Shown here: piece after piece, positions 18,127-28,977 of the stretch
How positions within the stretch are numbered: the stretch's first letter is position 1
Layout of the letters: every line of letters begins with the position of its first letter
From: Gammaproteobacteria bacterium
GTDB taxonomy: Bacteria > Pseudomonadota > Gammaproteobacteria > GCA-002705445 > GCA-002716945
Assembly (NCBI GenBank): GCA_029246085.1
Contig: JAQWOB010000023.1
Location: 1 to 54,541, forward strand
Direction: 5' to 3'
Length of the DNA: 54,541 bases
Made by a program: the position numbers and the translations under genes
The notes under the pieces: model-generated
What the model was told of the DNA's origin: nothing
Database searches by the model: none
The model's input: the letters and a program-made list of their open reading frames with translations, nothing else

Positions 18127-19312
18127 AAAAGTTGTTTTAGCATATTCTGGTGGATTAGATACATCAGTCATCGCAAAGTGGTTGATGGAGAAGTATGAGT
18201 GTGAAGTTATTACGTTTACTGCTGATATAGGCCAGGGCTCGGAAACTAAAGATGCTAAAGTTAAAGCCAAAAAACTTGGAATTAAAAAAATATATATAGA
18301 GGATTTACAGGAAACATTTGTTAAGGATTATGTGTATCCAATGTTTAGATCTAATGCTATATATGAGGGTGAATATTTTCTAGGAACATCGATCGCAAGA
18401 CCTTTGATTAGCAAGAGACTGATAGAGATAGCTAAAAAAGAAGGGGCAGACGCTATATGTCATGGGGCGACTGGAAAAGGAAACGATCAAGTCAGGTTTG
18501 AATTATCGGCATATGCCTTAAATCCAAAAATTAAAATTATAGCTCCTTGGAGAGAATGGGCATTTAATTCAAGAAAAGATTTAGTCAGATATGCAAGGTT
18601 AAATAAAATAGCTATAGATTTTGATTTAGGCAAAAAAAGCCCATACTCCATGGATGCAAATATATTACATACTTCCTATGAAGGTGGAATTTTGGAGGAC
18701 CCCTGGAAAACCCCAGAAGAGTCAATGTGGTTAAGAACTAAATCTATTGAAAAGGCGGCTAATAAAGCGGATATTTTAGAGTTAGAATTTAAAAATGGGG
18801 ATATTATTAAAATCAATAAGAAAATATTGTCACCATGCAAAGTACTAGAGAAGCTAAATCAATTAGCTGGAAAACATGGCATTGGAAGAATAGATATCGT
18901 GGAAAATCGCTATGTTGGTATTAAATCTAGGGGCTGTTATGAAACCCCTGGTGGTACGATATATCATAAAGCGCATAAAGCCATGGAGTCTATAACCATG
19001 GACCGTGAACTTTTACACCTAAAGGAAGATCTTGCGAACAGGTATACGAGACTAATCTATAATGGTTATTGGTTTAGCCCCGAAAGAGAAAGTTTGCAAA
19101 AATTAATCAATGATTCGCAGAGGAAGGTTAGCGGTATAGTCAGAATTAAGCTTTTAAAAGGTAATGTGATGGTGCTTGGAAGAAAATCCCCTTATTCTAT
19201 ATATAGCGAGGATTTATCTACTTTCGAGACAGATTCTGGTGATTATGATCAAAGAGATGCGGAAGGTTTTATTAGAGTTAATTCGCTTAGATTAAGAAAT
19301 AAGCAGAAGTAA
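18116..19312 (+). CDS. argG: Argininosuccinate synthase
   Basis: [32 protein letters not shown]. Confidence 0.98.
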   Translation: MKFKKVVLAYSGGLDTSVIAKWLMEKYECEVITFTADIGQGSETKDAKVKAKKLGIKKIYIEDLQETFVKDYVYPMFRSNAIYEGEYFLGTSIARPLISKRLIEIAKKEGADAICHGATGKGNDQVRFELSAYALNPKIKIIAPWREWAFNSRKDLVRYARLNKIAIDFDLGKKSPYSMDANILHTSYEGGILEDPWKTPEESMWLRTKSIEKAANKADILELEFKNGDIIKINKKILSPCKVLEKLNQLAGKHGIGRIDIVENRYVGIKSRGCYETPGGTIYHKAHKAMESITMDRELLHLKEDLANRYTRLIYNGYWFSPERESLQKLINDSQRKVSGIVRIKLLKGNVMVLGRKSPYSIYSEDLSTFETDSGDYDQRDAEGFIRVNSLRLRNKQK

Positions 19313-20008
19313 TTATTTGTAAACCTCATTTAGTATTACGGTAAAAACTAGAGCTTCTTTACGATATTGCTCTATTTTTACAGGTATAAAATCATAATCG
19401 ACAGCATACCAAGTTAAAGTACTTCGTTTATTATTTTCGATTAATTTTTTAATAACTATAGTATTAGTCTCTCCAAAGACTGTATTAATAATAGCATCAG
19501 AATGCAGGACAAAAGAATACTTTCTTAACCTACCTTTATCAATAATATTGTATTTATATTCAAATACCCCTGTTTTCATCTTTTCTTGGAAATCAATTTG
19601 TACAGATAGCCTATCTAGAGAATAAGGTATGTTAGTATGTTCTTGTTTATTATTATTCTCTATTGTATAAGCATAATTATTATCTAAATTAAAAATAGTT
19701 TCTATTAGTTGATAGCTGTTCTTTTTCTCTTTTATAAACTTATATGATATTGGTTTTATCATACGATTTTCTTTGATAAAACTTGTTGTCTCCAATCTAT
19801 TATCTTTTTTAAGTTTAAATATTCCAGCAGATTTACTCTTAATATTAAATTTATAAATGGAACCATTTTTAAATAATGTTTGTTCACTTGAGCCAAAATG
19901 GATATTACCTTTATATAGATCATACTGATATTTTGAAATTAATAATTCTTCTGCATAAGTATTATTAATAAATATAAAAAAAATAAATATCAGATATTTA
20001 TAATTCAC
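19313..20008 (-). CDS. DUF3108-like exported protein
   Basis: Signal peptide, LDRLS, WYAVDYDFIPVKIEQ; usual position after purN; probable GTG start 20008. Confidence 0.65.
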   Translation of the reverse strand: MNYKYLIFIFFIFINNTYAEELLISKYQYDLYKGNIHFGSSEQTLFKNGSIYKFNIKSKSAGIFKLKKDNRLETTSFIKENRMIKPISYKFIKEKKNSYQLIETIFNLDNNYAYTIENNNKQEHTNIPYSLDRLSVQIDFQEKMKTGVFEYKYNIIDKGRLRKYSFVLHSDAIINTVFGETNTIVIKKLIENNKRSTLTWYAVDYDFIPVKIEQYRKEALVFTVILNEVYK

Positions 20009-20640
20009 TAATCTGCTAAGTGTTCTATAGGGCATTCTAATTCCTCATTATCAAAAAAACATTTATCTTTAACTTGCTTAATATGTTTTTCTATAAACCA
20101 TTTTATTGCTAAAGGAAAAATATTATGTTCAATTCTATGAACTCTATCCCGCAAAGTATTCTCACTATCACTTTTTAGTATTTTAGTCTTACCTTGTATT
20201 ATAACTGGCCCATCATCTAGTTTTGATGTTACAAAATGTACTGATGCGCCATGATATTCTTCCTTTGAAGCTAAAACCTTCTTATGTGTATCTAAGCCTT
20301 TAAATTTTGGAAGTAATGATGGATGCAGGTTCATAATCTTCCCATAAAATTTATCTGTAAAATCTTTTGGTAATATTTTCATAAATCCAGAAAGTAAAAT
20401 AAGATCTATATTATAAGTATTTATCAGAGTTAGTAGTCCATCAATATATTTATTAGATGTGTCAATTATCATAGTTTCTATACCTGCTTCTTCGGCTCTT
20501 ACGAGACCTTTCGCATTAGGATTATTTGATACAACTGCAGTTATGTCCATTTTAAGAAAATCATTATCAATATTATTAATTATATTTTGGAGATTACTCC
20601 CATTCCCTGATATAAATATTATTACTTTAGATCTACTCAT
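20008..20640 (-). CDS. purN: Phosphoribosylglycinamide formyltransferase
   Basis: ISGNGSNLQ, NLHPSLLPKFKG, GASVHFV..LDDGP. Confidence 0.97.
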   Translation of the reverse strand: MSRSKVIIFISGNGSNLQNIINNIDNDFLKMDITAVVSNNPNAKGLVRAEEAGIETMIIDTSNKYIDGLLTLINTYNIDLILLSGFMKILPKDFTDKFYGKIMNLHPSLLPKFKGLDTHKKVLASKEEYHGASVHFVTSKLDDGPVIIQGKTKILKSDSENTLRDRVHRIEHNIFPLAIKWFIEKHIKQVKDKCFFDNEELECPIEHLAD

Positions 20641-21670
20641 AAACTATACTTTTGTTATTATTACGATTGCCAATATAACCTATAATTTTTGGCTTATATT
20701 TAGTTTTACTAAATATCTTTATAAATGCATCAATATCATTCTTATTAATTATCAATACCATTCCAATGCCACAATTAAAAGTTTTCAACATTTCTTTTTT
20801 ATTAAGCATAGATTTTTCTTGTATCAATTTAAATAAATCTGGAATTTTTAACATACTTTCATCGATATGAGCTGTATATTTTTCTGATATTACCCTGGGA
20901 AGATTCTCTGTTAAGCCACCCCCAGTTATATGTGCGGCACCATTAATACTAATTTTATTTCTCAATAACTCAAAAATATCAGCATAAAGTTTTGTTGGTT
21001 TTATCAGAGCTTTACCTAAATTAGTATTTTTAAATTTTTGTCTTAAAGATATTGATCTATTTTCTATTAATTTATTTATTAGAGAAAACCCATTTGAGTG
21101 AAAACCACTGGATTCAAACCCAATCAAGATATTGCTTTTTTTAACTTTACTCTTATTGATAATATTTTTTTTATCTACAACACCAACACAAAACCCTGCT
21201 AAATCATAATCATCTTTGCTATACATACCAGGCATTTCTGCAGTTTCACCACCAATCAATGGGATATTAATAGATTCACAAGCTTTTTTGATTCCTTTTA
21301 AAACCTGTGTATGTAATTTGACATCAACTTTACTTGTAGCCAAATAATCTAGAAAAAATAAAGGGGTTGCTCCAGATGTTATTACATCATTTACACACAT
21401 AGCCAGTAAATCTTGCCCTATATATCGATGTTCTTTAAGTTTTGATGCTAACTTTAATTTTGTCCCAACTCCATCAGTACCGCATACAATTACTGGGTTC
21501 TTATATTTTTTTATATCTAAGGCATATAAACTTGAAAAACCACCTATACCAGCTAATACATTAGGATAAGTTTTTTCAGTCTTTTTTGAGATAGTTCCTA
21601 TAAGTTTATCAGCATTCTTGATACTGACACCTGATTTTTCATAAGTTAGCTTATTAATTTTTTTTTTCAT
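20633..21670 (-). CDS. purM: AIR synthetase
   Basis: TDGVGTK, GGETAEMPG, HSNGFS, HITGGG, TFNCGIG. Confidence 0.98.
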   Translation of the reverse strand: MKKKINKLTYEKSGVSIKNADKLIGTISKKTEKTYPNVLAGIGGFSSLYALDIKKYKNPVIVCGTDGVGTKLKLASKLKEHRYIGQDLLAMCVNDVITSGATPLFFLDYLATSKVDVKLHTQVLKGIKKACESINIPLIGGETAEMPGMYSKDDYDLAGFCVGVVDKKNIINKSKVKKSNILIGFESSGFHSNGFSLINKLIENRSISLRQKFKNTNLGKALIKPTKLYADIFELLRNKISINGAAHITGGGLTENLPRVISEKYTAHIDESMLKIPDLFKLIQEKSMLNKKEMLKTFNCGIGMVLIINKNDIDAFIKIFSKTKYKPKIIGYIGNRNNNKSIVYE

Positions 21671-21722
21671 GTTTAAATGATTTGAATTTAATTATATATT
21701 AGTTTATTAATTATATACTTTT

Positions 21723-22418
21723 ATGAAAGAAACTAAACTCAATAAAGATCAAATACCTATTAATTTCAGTTTTATTACTGATAAGAGCTTTGATAATTTT
21801 GTTCTTGGGAAGAATAGTATTGCTATTGAGCTCCTAAAGAATTTAACTATAGCTGATAGAACAAATATTATCTTCATAAGAGGAAATCATTCTAGTGGCA
21901 AAACTCATCTCTGTTTAGCAGTAAATAATTTAACTAATAGAAGTATATTTATATTAAATAAAAAAAATATAGCATTAATAAATTTTCAAAATATATTGAG
22001 GCATGACTCTCTTGTTATTGATGATATTGATCTTTTAATCACTAATAGCATCAATGAAGAAGTCATCTTTTCTTTAATCAATGAGTTTATTTTAATGAAG
22101 AAAAGTATGATTATTACGTCTACTGAAAAATTAAATAATATTAATTTTACAATTCCTGATTTAGCTTCTAGACTTAAGTGGGATCAAATACTTGAAATAC
22201 CTGAACTTAATGATAGTGATAAAATAAAGGTCTTACAAAAAAATGCATATGAAAGAGGCTGGGACCTCACGCCTAAAGTATGTGACTATATAATGAATCA
22301 CTATAAAAGAGACTTATATTTTTTATGTAATTGCATTAAATTTATTGACGAGACTTCATTGTCATTAAAGAAAAAAATTACCATACCCTTTATTAAAAAA
22401 ATTATAGAGTATAAGTAG
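21723..22418 (+). CDS. hda: DnaA regulatory inactivator Hda
   Basis: N-terminal QIPINF clamp-binding-like motif, SFDNF, GKTHL, PDLASRL; divergent from purM. Confidence 0.85.
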   Translation: MKETKLNKDQIPINFSFITDKSFDNFVLGKNSIAIELLKNLTIADRTNIIFIRGNHSSGKTHLCLAVNNLTNRSIFILNKKNIALINFQNILRHDSLVIDDIDLLITNSINEEVIFSLINEFILMKKSMIITSTEKLNNINFTIPDLASRLKWDQILEIPELNDSDKIKVLQKNAYERGWDLTPKVCDYIMNHYKRDLYFLCNCIKFIDETSLSLKKKITIPFIKKIIEYK

Positions 22419-22424
22419 TTTTTA

Positions 22425-22988
22425 TTAGTTCAATTTTTTTGCTAGAGTGGCTATCCTTTTTCCAAAATTTATACATATATCTTTTTCATCATCAGTTATC
22501 TCTATATCTGATTCAAATGAAACATGACTTGGTCCATAGGGAGTCCCTCCACCCTTAGTGGTACTAAGTTTTTTTTCACTATATGGCACACCTGTAATAA
22601 TTACTCCATGATGAAGTAGGGGTAGCATCATACTTAGTAGGGTTGACTCTTGTCCACCATGCATGCTTGATGTTGAAGTAAACACCCCTCCTGGTTTTCC
22701 AGTTAAACATCCATTAAACCATTCTGCAGTTGTTGTATCGATGAAAGCTTTCATAGAACCCGACATGTTTCCAAAATGAGTTGGGCTCCCAATTATTATT
22801 CCATCACATTGATCTAAATCTGATTTATCTACGATAGCATCAGTATTGGTAGTATTATCACTAGATATATTTATAACTGTTCGAATTACAGATGAAACAC
22901 CTTCTACCATCTCTACGCCTCTAGCTATTAATCTAGCCATTTTTTTCGTTGAGCCATTTCCAGAATAATATATAATAAGAACATTCAT
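22425..22988 (-). CDS. wrbA: NAD(P)H:quinone oxidoreductase
   Basis: GSPTHFGNM, FTSTSSMHGGQESTL, GGTPYG. Confidence 0.93.
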   Translation of the reverse strand: MNVLIIYYSGNGSTKKMARLIARGVEMVEGVSSVIRTVINISSDNTTNTDAIVDKSDLDQCDGIIIGSPTHFGNMSGSMKAFIDTTTAEWFNGCLTGKPGGVFTSTSSMHGGQESTLLSMMLPLLHHGVIITGVPYSEKKLSTTKGGGTPYGPSHVSFESDIEITDDEKDICINFGKRIATLAKKLN

Positions 22989-23044
22989 TATAGATTAGGA
23001 TATTCTATATGAATGATAAAATAAAACTTTTTAAGAAGAATATT

Positions 23045-23347
23045 ATGAATAGATTTTTAGTTTTTTTAGTTTTGATGATTTTTATTAACCCTATTATAGC
23101 GTCAGATGCTACTAAACAATCATCAGAAAAATATATTTCAGAAGCTAAAAAAACATATAAGAAAGCATTGAAGCTCAATAATGCTTGGAGAGATACAGGT
23201 AAAATAATTAAAAAAGCATCCAAAGAGCATTCAAAAGAGAATTATGAGAAATCAGTTAAATTAGCCAAAGAAGCCTTAAATCAAGCAAAGATGGCAATTG
23301 AGCAACATAATAAACAGAGGGACTCTTATAGGTTTTTAGATAATTAA
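23045..23347 (+). CDS. Exported helical protein resembling SoxXA-binding protein SoxK
   Basis: Signal peptide; NAWRDTGKIIKKA...AKEALNQAKMAIEQ pattern recalled from the SoxK family. Confidence 0.5.
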   Translation: MNRFLVFLVLMIFINPIIASDATKQSSEKYISEAKKTYKKALKLNNAWRDTGKIIKKASKEHSKENYEKSVKLAKEALNQAKMAIEQHNKQRDSYRFLDN

Positions 23348-23355
23348 GAATTTTA

Positions 23356-24609
23356 TCAATTGAGCTTGCTTACTATTTCTTCCACTTTAATTTCAAACTT
23401 AGTATTTTCAGTTCTCGCTCTATAAGTAATTGTTTTATTTTTAGCTTCATTATTCCCAATGATAATCATATGGGGTATTCCAATTAATTCCCAATCTTTC
23501 ATTTTATTGCCAAAGTTTGCATTTCTGTCATCGTGAATTATATTCTTTTTAGAATTTTTTAGTAAACTATATACTTCGTTTGAGTGTGATCTAACTTCTT
23601 TATTTTTATGACCATCTATTTCTATAATAACAGCTTCAAAAGGACTGATTGATTTCGGCCATATGATTCCATTTGAGTCATGACTTTGTTCAATTGCAGC
23701 TGCAACTATTCTTGTAATACCAATTCCATAGCAACCCATAAACATATTTATTGATTTTGAGTCTTTAGTAGTTATTTTAGCCTTCATTTTCTCTGAATAT
23801 TTTTGTCCTAATTTAAATATATGGCCAACTTCTATACCTTTTTTATGTGTTAAGCCAGTTTTCTTTATTATTGACTCCAAGCTATCTTCTGAATATTTAA
23901 TTTTTGCAATTTCTAAGTTCATTCCATTGCATTTATTATCCAGCAAGAGATCATCTTCACCAGTTTCAGCTATCACATGAAATTCATTAGACTCATTACC
24001 CCCAATATTTCCACTATCAGCATCCACTATTGTATAGTCGAGCATTAACCTTTTAAAAATTTTTTGATAAGCTGATTTATAAATTTCATATGTATTATCC
24101 AGACAGTCTTGTGTTTCATGAAATGAATAAGCATCTTTCATTATAAATTCTCTAGCTCTCATTACCCCAAATCTTGGTCTAATTTCATCTCTAAATTTTG
24201 AAGATATTTGAAATAGATTCATTGGCAATTGCTTATAACTAGAAACATCTTTCCTTATTAAATCTGTTATTACTTCTTCAAATGTTGGCCCTAAGCAAAA
24301 TTCTCTCTCATGCCTATCCTTAAATCTTAATAATTCTGGACCATACTCATCCCATCTACCAGACTCTTTCCATAATTCTGCAGGTTGCACAGATGGCATT
24401 AATATCTCTGCACACCCAATATTATTCAATTCTTCCCTTATAATTTTTTCTATTTTTTGAATAACTCTTAGGCCTATAGGAAGCCAAGAGTATTGCCCTG
24501 ATGATAATTTCCTAATCATTCCTGACTTAATCATTAATTGATGACTCGTTATTTCTGCTTCAGAGGGAACATCTTTCTGGGTAAAAATTGGAAAATTTGA
24601 TACTTTCAT
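23356..24609 (-). CDS. proS: Proline-tRNA ligase (short, no INS editing domain)
   Basis: KFRDEIRPRFGVMRAREF, GIEVGHIF, MGCYGIG; 417 aa. Confidence 0.97.
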   Translation of the reverse strand: MKVSNFPIFTQKDVPSEAEITSHQLMIKSGMIRKLSSGQYSWLPIGLRVIQKIEKIIREELNNIGCAEILMPSVQPAELWKESGRWDEYGPELLRFKDRHEREFCLGPTFEEVITDLIRKDVSSYKQLPMNLFQISSKFRDEIRPRFGVMRAREFIMKDAYSFHETQDCLDNTYEIYKSAYQKIFKRLMLDYTIVDADSGNIGGNESNEFHVIAETGEDDLLLDNKCNGMNLEIAKIKYSEDSLESIIKKTGLTHKKGIEVGHIFKLGQKYSEKMKAKITTKDSKSINMFMGCYGIGITRIVAAAIEQSHDSNGIIWPKSISPFEAVIIEIDGHKNKEVRSHSNEVYSLLKNSKKNIIHDDRNANFGNKMKDWELIGIPHMIIIGNNEAKNKTITYRARTENTKFEIKVEEIVSKLN

Positions 24610-24709
24610 CGTCTAATAGTATTGATATATTATAAATTGATGTTTTAGTTTACCATGAATATGGTTATTATATATAAAGCAATTTAAACGAGTTTAAAGC
24701 TAATAGAGT

Positions 24710-25771
24710 ATGTTCAAATTTTTTAAAGAATGGTATGAGAGCCATTTAACTGACCCAAATCAAGTAGCATTAGCTCTAATAATATTATCTATTTCTCTAA
24801 TTACTTATATATTATTAGCCACGGTCACACCTATTTTAGTAGCCATCATACTCGCCTATATGCTAGAGGGATTGGTACACCGATTCACTAAAAATTATTC
24901 ACTCAAAAGAAATACTATTGTATTGCTTGTCTATTTCTCTTTTATTGCTATCTCAATGGTTACATTATTTTTAATATTGCCGCTTATGATTGATCAGTTC
25001 ACTTTATTTGTAAAATCTTTACCTTCGATATTGGAAAAAGGGAAAATTTTATTACTCAATTTCACGTCATCAGATAACGCTATGGTTACCGAAGGCCAAT
25101 TAACAAATATTTTTTCAGCATTAAACACTGAGATATATAATATGTATGGCTCGATTGTATCTTACTCTTTATCATCTGCAGGAAGTATTATAGAAACAAT
25201 GATTTATATGTTGATTGTCCCTATATTAATTTTTTTCTTACTTTTTGATAAAAAAGAAATTAATGGATGGTTTAAAAAATTTTTTCCAGAAAAATTAGAT
25301 TTATCAAAAAAAGCTTATGCAGAGCTAGATTTAAAAATAGGAAATTATATTCGGTGCAAGTTTATAGAGATTATTATCGTGTGGGTAGCATCAACTTTAT
25401 TTTTTACTATTCTAGGGCTCAACTATTCTTTAGTATTAGGTTTTCTCTGCGGAATATCAGTAATTATTCCATATGTCGGGGCCATTGCTGTCACTATACC
25501 GATAGTATTTGTAGGATATTTTCAGTGGGGAACATCTTCGGAGTTCTGGTATATCGTGTTTGCTCATATCATTATACAAATTCTAGACGGCAATGTGGTA
25601 GTGCCTGTTTTATTCTCTGATGCAGTAAATCTCCACCCTCTAGCAATTCTGATTTCAATTTTATTTTTTGGTACAATATGGGGAATTTGGGGTGTCTTTT
25701 TTGCAATACCTTTGGCGGTATTAGTTAACACATTGTTAAATATTTGGCCAAAAACTGAGTATAGGCCTTAA
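24710..25771 (+). CDS. AI-2E family transporter (PerM-like)
   Basis: IPYVG, QILDGN, VNLHP, WGVFFAIP. Confidence 0.9.
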   Translation: MFKFFKEWYESHLTDPNQVALALIILSISLITYILLATVTPILVAIILAYMLEGLVHRFTKNYSLKRNTIVLLVYFSFIAISMVTLFLILPLMIDQFTLFVKSLPSILEKGKILLLNFTSSDNAMVTEGQLTNIFSALNTEIYNMYGSIVSYSLSSAGSIIETMIYMLIVPILIFFLLFDKKEINGWFKKFFPEKLDLSKKAYAELDLKIGNYIRCKFIEIIIVWVASTLFFTILGLNYSLVLGFLCGISVIIPYVGAIAVTIPIVFVGYFQWGTSSEFWYIVFAHIIIQILDGNVVVPVLFSDAVNLHPLAILISILFFGTIWGIWGVFFAIPLAVLVNTLLNIWPKTEYRP

Positions 25772-25789
25772 ACTAGACTAGGAGTATGT

Positions 25790-26674
25790 ATGTTTAAAGG
25801 AAGTATGGTGGCTATTGCTACACCAATGAATGGAGACGGTTCTCTAGATTATGAGTCTTTAGAGAGACTTATTGAGTTTCACATTGAAAATAAGACAGAC
25901 GTTATAGTTTCTGTTGGTACCACAGGTGAATCTGCTACTTTAAATTTTAAAGAACACTCGGAAGTTATTAAAGCAACACTATCAGTTGTGAACAAAAGAA
26001 TACCAGTAATTGCTGGTTCTGGTGCTAATTCTACTAGCGAAGCCATAGAGCTCACTCAAAGATCAAAAGAGCTTGGAGCTGATGGATGCTTGCTAGTAAC
26101 CCCATACTATAATAAACCTACGCAGAATGGCTTGTATGAGCACTATAAAATGATTGCTGATAAGGTTAATATTCCACAAATTTTATATAATGTACCTGGC
26201 AGAACATCTGTCGACATGCTTCCAGATACAGTCCATAAGTTATCTAGTCATCCAAATATTATTGCCATAAAAGAGGCTTCTGGAAATCTAGAAAGATCAA
26301 AAGAGCTCCTTGAAAAATGTGCTGATAACATATCCATATTTACTGGCGATGATAAAACATCTGTTAGAGACCTCTTGCTAGGTTTTAAGGGTAATATTTC
26401 TGTAACTGCGAATGTAGCGCCACTAAGTATGCATGAAATGTGTAAATTTGCCATAGAAGGTAACGCTGAGGAAGCAAACAAGATTAACTCTAAGTTAGAT
26501 ATATTACATGATAATCTTTTTACTGAGTCTAACCCTATACCTGTTAAATGGGCTCTTCATAGAATGGGTTTAATTAAAAAAGGCATAAGGCTGCCATTAA
26601 CATGGCTGGACAGTAAATATGAGAATATTCTAGAAGAATCTCTGTATAATGCTGGTATAATATCTAAAAGTTAA
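25790..26674 (+). CDS. dapA: 4-hydroxy-tetrahydrodipicolinate synthase
   Basis: GTTGES, PYYNKP, YNVPGRT, IKEASG. Confidence 0.98.
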   Translation: MFKGSMVAIATPMNGDGSLDYESLERLIEFHIENKTDVIVSVGTTGESATLNFKEHSEVIKATLSVVNKRIPVIAGSGANSTSEAIELTQRSKELGADGCLLVTPYYNKPTQNGLYEHYKMIADKVNIPQILYNVPGRTSVDMLPDTVHKLSSHPNIIAIKEASGNLERSKELLEKCADNISIFTGDDKTSVRDLLLGFKGNISVTANVAPLSMHEMCKFAIEGNAEEANKINSKLDILHDNLFTESNPIPVKWALHRMGLIKKGIRLPLTWLDSKYENILEESLYNAGIISKS

Positions 26675-26677
26675 ATA

Positions 26678-27769
26678 ATGAAATCAAAACTATTATCCAT
26701 AATAATACTTCCTTTGCTTGTTTTTAGCGGATGTTCCCCAATAACTGAATATATAGATAATCTAACATCTCCAGAGAGAAAAGACTTGGTGGTGTACAAA
26801 AAAAGTAAATCTTACGATGACACGCAATTTGATTTGATAATTCCACCAGATTTAATTAATCCAAGCCAGAAAGATGCTCTAGAGATACCGGGCTATAGTG
26901 ACGAAGGGATAGAAATTTTTACGGTAGATACTAAACTAGAAGGAATAAGCATTCTGAGGTCAGGTAGGGATTCATTTATCAGTGTAAAGACAACTGATAA
27001 AGAATATATTTGGAAGAAGCTTTCTGATTTTTGGCTGGCTGAAGGTTTTCGTTTATCCAAGAAGGATTATATGCTAGGAATAATGAAAACTGGTTTCTTG
27101 GAAAATTTAAGCGAAGCTCAATTAGGCACTATGCAAAGAATTGTTGGCAGATATGTGCCTCTCCTTGTAGCTCCTGAAACACGGGATAGTTATAGTACTA
27201 GAGTTTTGCTAAAAGATGATTCCTTAGATATTTTAATTACGCATTATGGTAAAGAATATATGTCCGATGGAGATACAGAATTTAGGTGGCAGAATAGGCC
27301 TAGAGACCCAGAATTTGAAAGCGAGATGATATCAAGGTTATATATATATCTTGGAGGGGAAGAGGCTAAATCAAAAGGTTATTCGGTTGTTCAATCAACA
27401 GGTGTTAGAAGTAAGGCAAGCATGAGTATAGATGAAAATGGGTTTCACACATTATATATTAATGATATTTATGCAAGAGTTTGGCCAGCAGTCATAAAAT
27501 CTCTAGAAGTTTATGGGATTAATATTTTATCCGCTAAAGAAGAAGATGGTCTAATCAAAGTATCTGTTGAGGATAGTGAGGCTAGTAGCTCATCAATGCT
27601 GGATTATCTAGCTTTTTGGAAATCTTCAAAAGATGTTAATTCGTTCAACATAGTAATAATTACTAAGCAAGAAGGAACAGTGATTGAAATTCAAAACGAT
27701 ATGTTTTCGAATATCACTAATACTGCAACGGAAGAAGTAATCCGAGCACTTTATGCAGATTTAAGATAG
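26678..27769 (+). CDS. bamC: Outer-membrane assembly lipoprotein BamC/NlpB
   Basis: Lipobox FSGC, LIIPPDL; directly after dapA. Confidence 0.8.
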   Translation: MKSKLLSIIILPLLVFSGCSPITEYIDNLTSPERKDLVVYKKSKSYDDTQFDLIIPPDLINPSQKDALEIPGYSDEGIEIFTVDTKLEGISILRSGRDSFISVKTTDKEYIWKKLSDFWLAEGFRLSKKDYMLGIMKTGFLENLSEAQLGTMQRIVGRYVPLLVAPETRDSYSTRVLLKDDSLDILITHYGKEYMSDGDTEFRWQNRPRDPEFESEMISRLYIYLGGEEAKSKGYSVVQSTGVRSKASMSIDENGFHTLYINDIYARVWPAVIKSLEVYGINILSAKEEDGLIKVSVEDSEASSSSMLDYLAFWKSSKDVNSFNIVIITKQEGTVIEIQNDMFSNITNTATEEVIRALYADLR

Positions 27770-28588
27770 TTAGTCTTTTATTTGGTGAATTTGAGCATAT
27801 GCTGAATGATTATGAATAGATTCAAAATTTTCAGACTCGACAGTATACTCCCTAACTCTATCGTCCTTAGTAAAATGACCTGCAATATCTCTAACCATGT
27901 CTTCAACAAACTTAGGATTATCATAAGCTAATTCAGTTACATGTTTTTCATCAGGCCTCTTTAATAATGCATATAACTCAGAAGACGCCTCTTTCTCTAC
28001 TACATCTATTATTTCTTCAATCCAGATAAAATCTTTTATGCTTACAGTAACCGTTACATGTGATCGCTGATTATGAGCACCATACGCTGATATTTTTTTT
28101 GAGCAAGGACATAGGCTAGTCACAGGGACCAATACTTTTACTTTTAAGCTAGATACTCCTTTCTCAATCTCACCAATAAACGTAACAGTATAGTCTAGTA
28201 AACTTTTAACTTTAGAGGCTGGAGCAGTTTTATTTATAAAATAAGGAAACTGCATCTCAACATGACCAGATTCTGCTTCTAAGAGAACTAGCATTTCTGT
28301 TATCATTGTTTTAAACGTATCTACAGTTATATGGTCTTCATGGTTATTGAGTATATGTACAAACCTAGACATATGAGTCCCTTTTAAATTATGAGGCAAA
28401 TTTACATACATATTAAAATTTGCAACTGTTGTTTGTTCTTTCCCTGATCTCTGTTTAATAACCATTGGGTGAAGAATATCTTTTATACCAACTTTATTAA
28501 TTGGTAAATTCCTCGTATCCTCAAGACCTTGAGTATCAGGTAAGCTCGATTTGTTTAATTCTTTGATAGATTTTTTATTAGTAGACAT
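27770..28588 (-). CDS. folE2: GTP cyclohydrolase IB
   Basis: [35 protein letters not shown]. Confidence 0.96.
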   Translation of the reverse strand: MSTNKKSIKELNKSSLPDTQGLEDTRNLPINKVGIKDILHPMVIKQRSGKEQTTVANFNMYVNLPHNLKGTHMSRFVHILNNHEDHITVDTFKTMITEMLVLLEAESGHVEMQFPYFINKTAPASKVKSLLDYTVTFIGEIEKGVSSLKVKVLVPVTSLCPCSKKISAYGAHNQRSHVTVTVSIKDFIWIEEIIDVVEKEASSELYALLKRPDEKHVTELAYDNPKFVEDMVRDIAGHFTKDDRVREYTVESENFESIHNHSAYAQIHQIKD

Positions 28589-28591
28589 TAT

Positions 28592-28960
28592 TTATCCTGT
28601 AAAAGTTACCGCTGATTTTTCTGTTTCCCATAGCTTAATTGATTTAACTTCTATTTGCTTATCATTCATTATTACAGATAATTCTTTATGAATATACTGG
28701 GCAATATTTTCAGCCGTTGGATTTATTTCTTTAAATGGCTTTAAATCATTCAGAAAACGATGATCTAACTGATCAACGACACTTTTTGTCATGTTTCTGA
28801 TTTCCTTAAAATCTATTACCATTCCGATATTATCTAGTTTATTTCCACAAACTTCAACTTCAACTTTCCAATTATGTCCATGCATTCTTTTACAAGCCCC
28901 TTCATGGCCATTCAGTACATGCGCAGATGAAAACTCAACAAATGTGGTTAGAGTATAAAT
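28592..28960 (-). CDS. queD: 6-carboxytetrahydropterin synthase (QueD), probable ATT start
   Basis: Frame continues upstream of ATG 28885 as (I/M)YTLTTFVEFSSAHVLNGHEGACKRMHGHNW; NPTAENIA, WET; SD GGAG 8 nt before ATT 28960. Confidence 0.88.
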   Translation of the reverse strand: MYTLTTFVEFSSAHVLNGHEGACKRMHGHNWKVEVEVCGNKLDNIGMVIDFKEIRNMTKSVVDQLDHRFLNDLKPFKEINPTAENIAQYIHKELSVIMNDKQIEVKSIKLWETEKSAVTFTG

Positions 28961-28977
28961 ATCGATTTCTCCAGTTT

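Noticed and set aside
24652-24698. Short palindromes (ACCAT-n4-ATGGT; TTTAAAC-GA-GTTTAAA) in the proS/AI-2E spacer
   Set aside because: Could be operator sites, but match no motif I recognise and are plausible by chance at this AT content.
28592-28885. queD as a 5'-truncated pseudogene
   Set aside because: The upstream frame is open, retains the conserved His and Cys, and has an SD; a non-ATG start explains it better.
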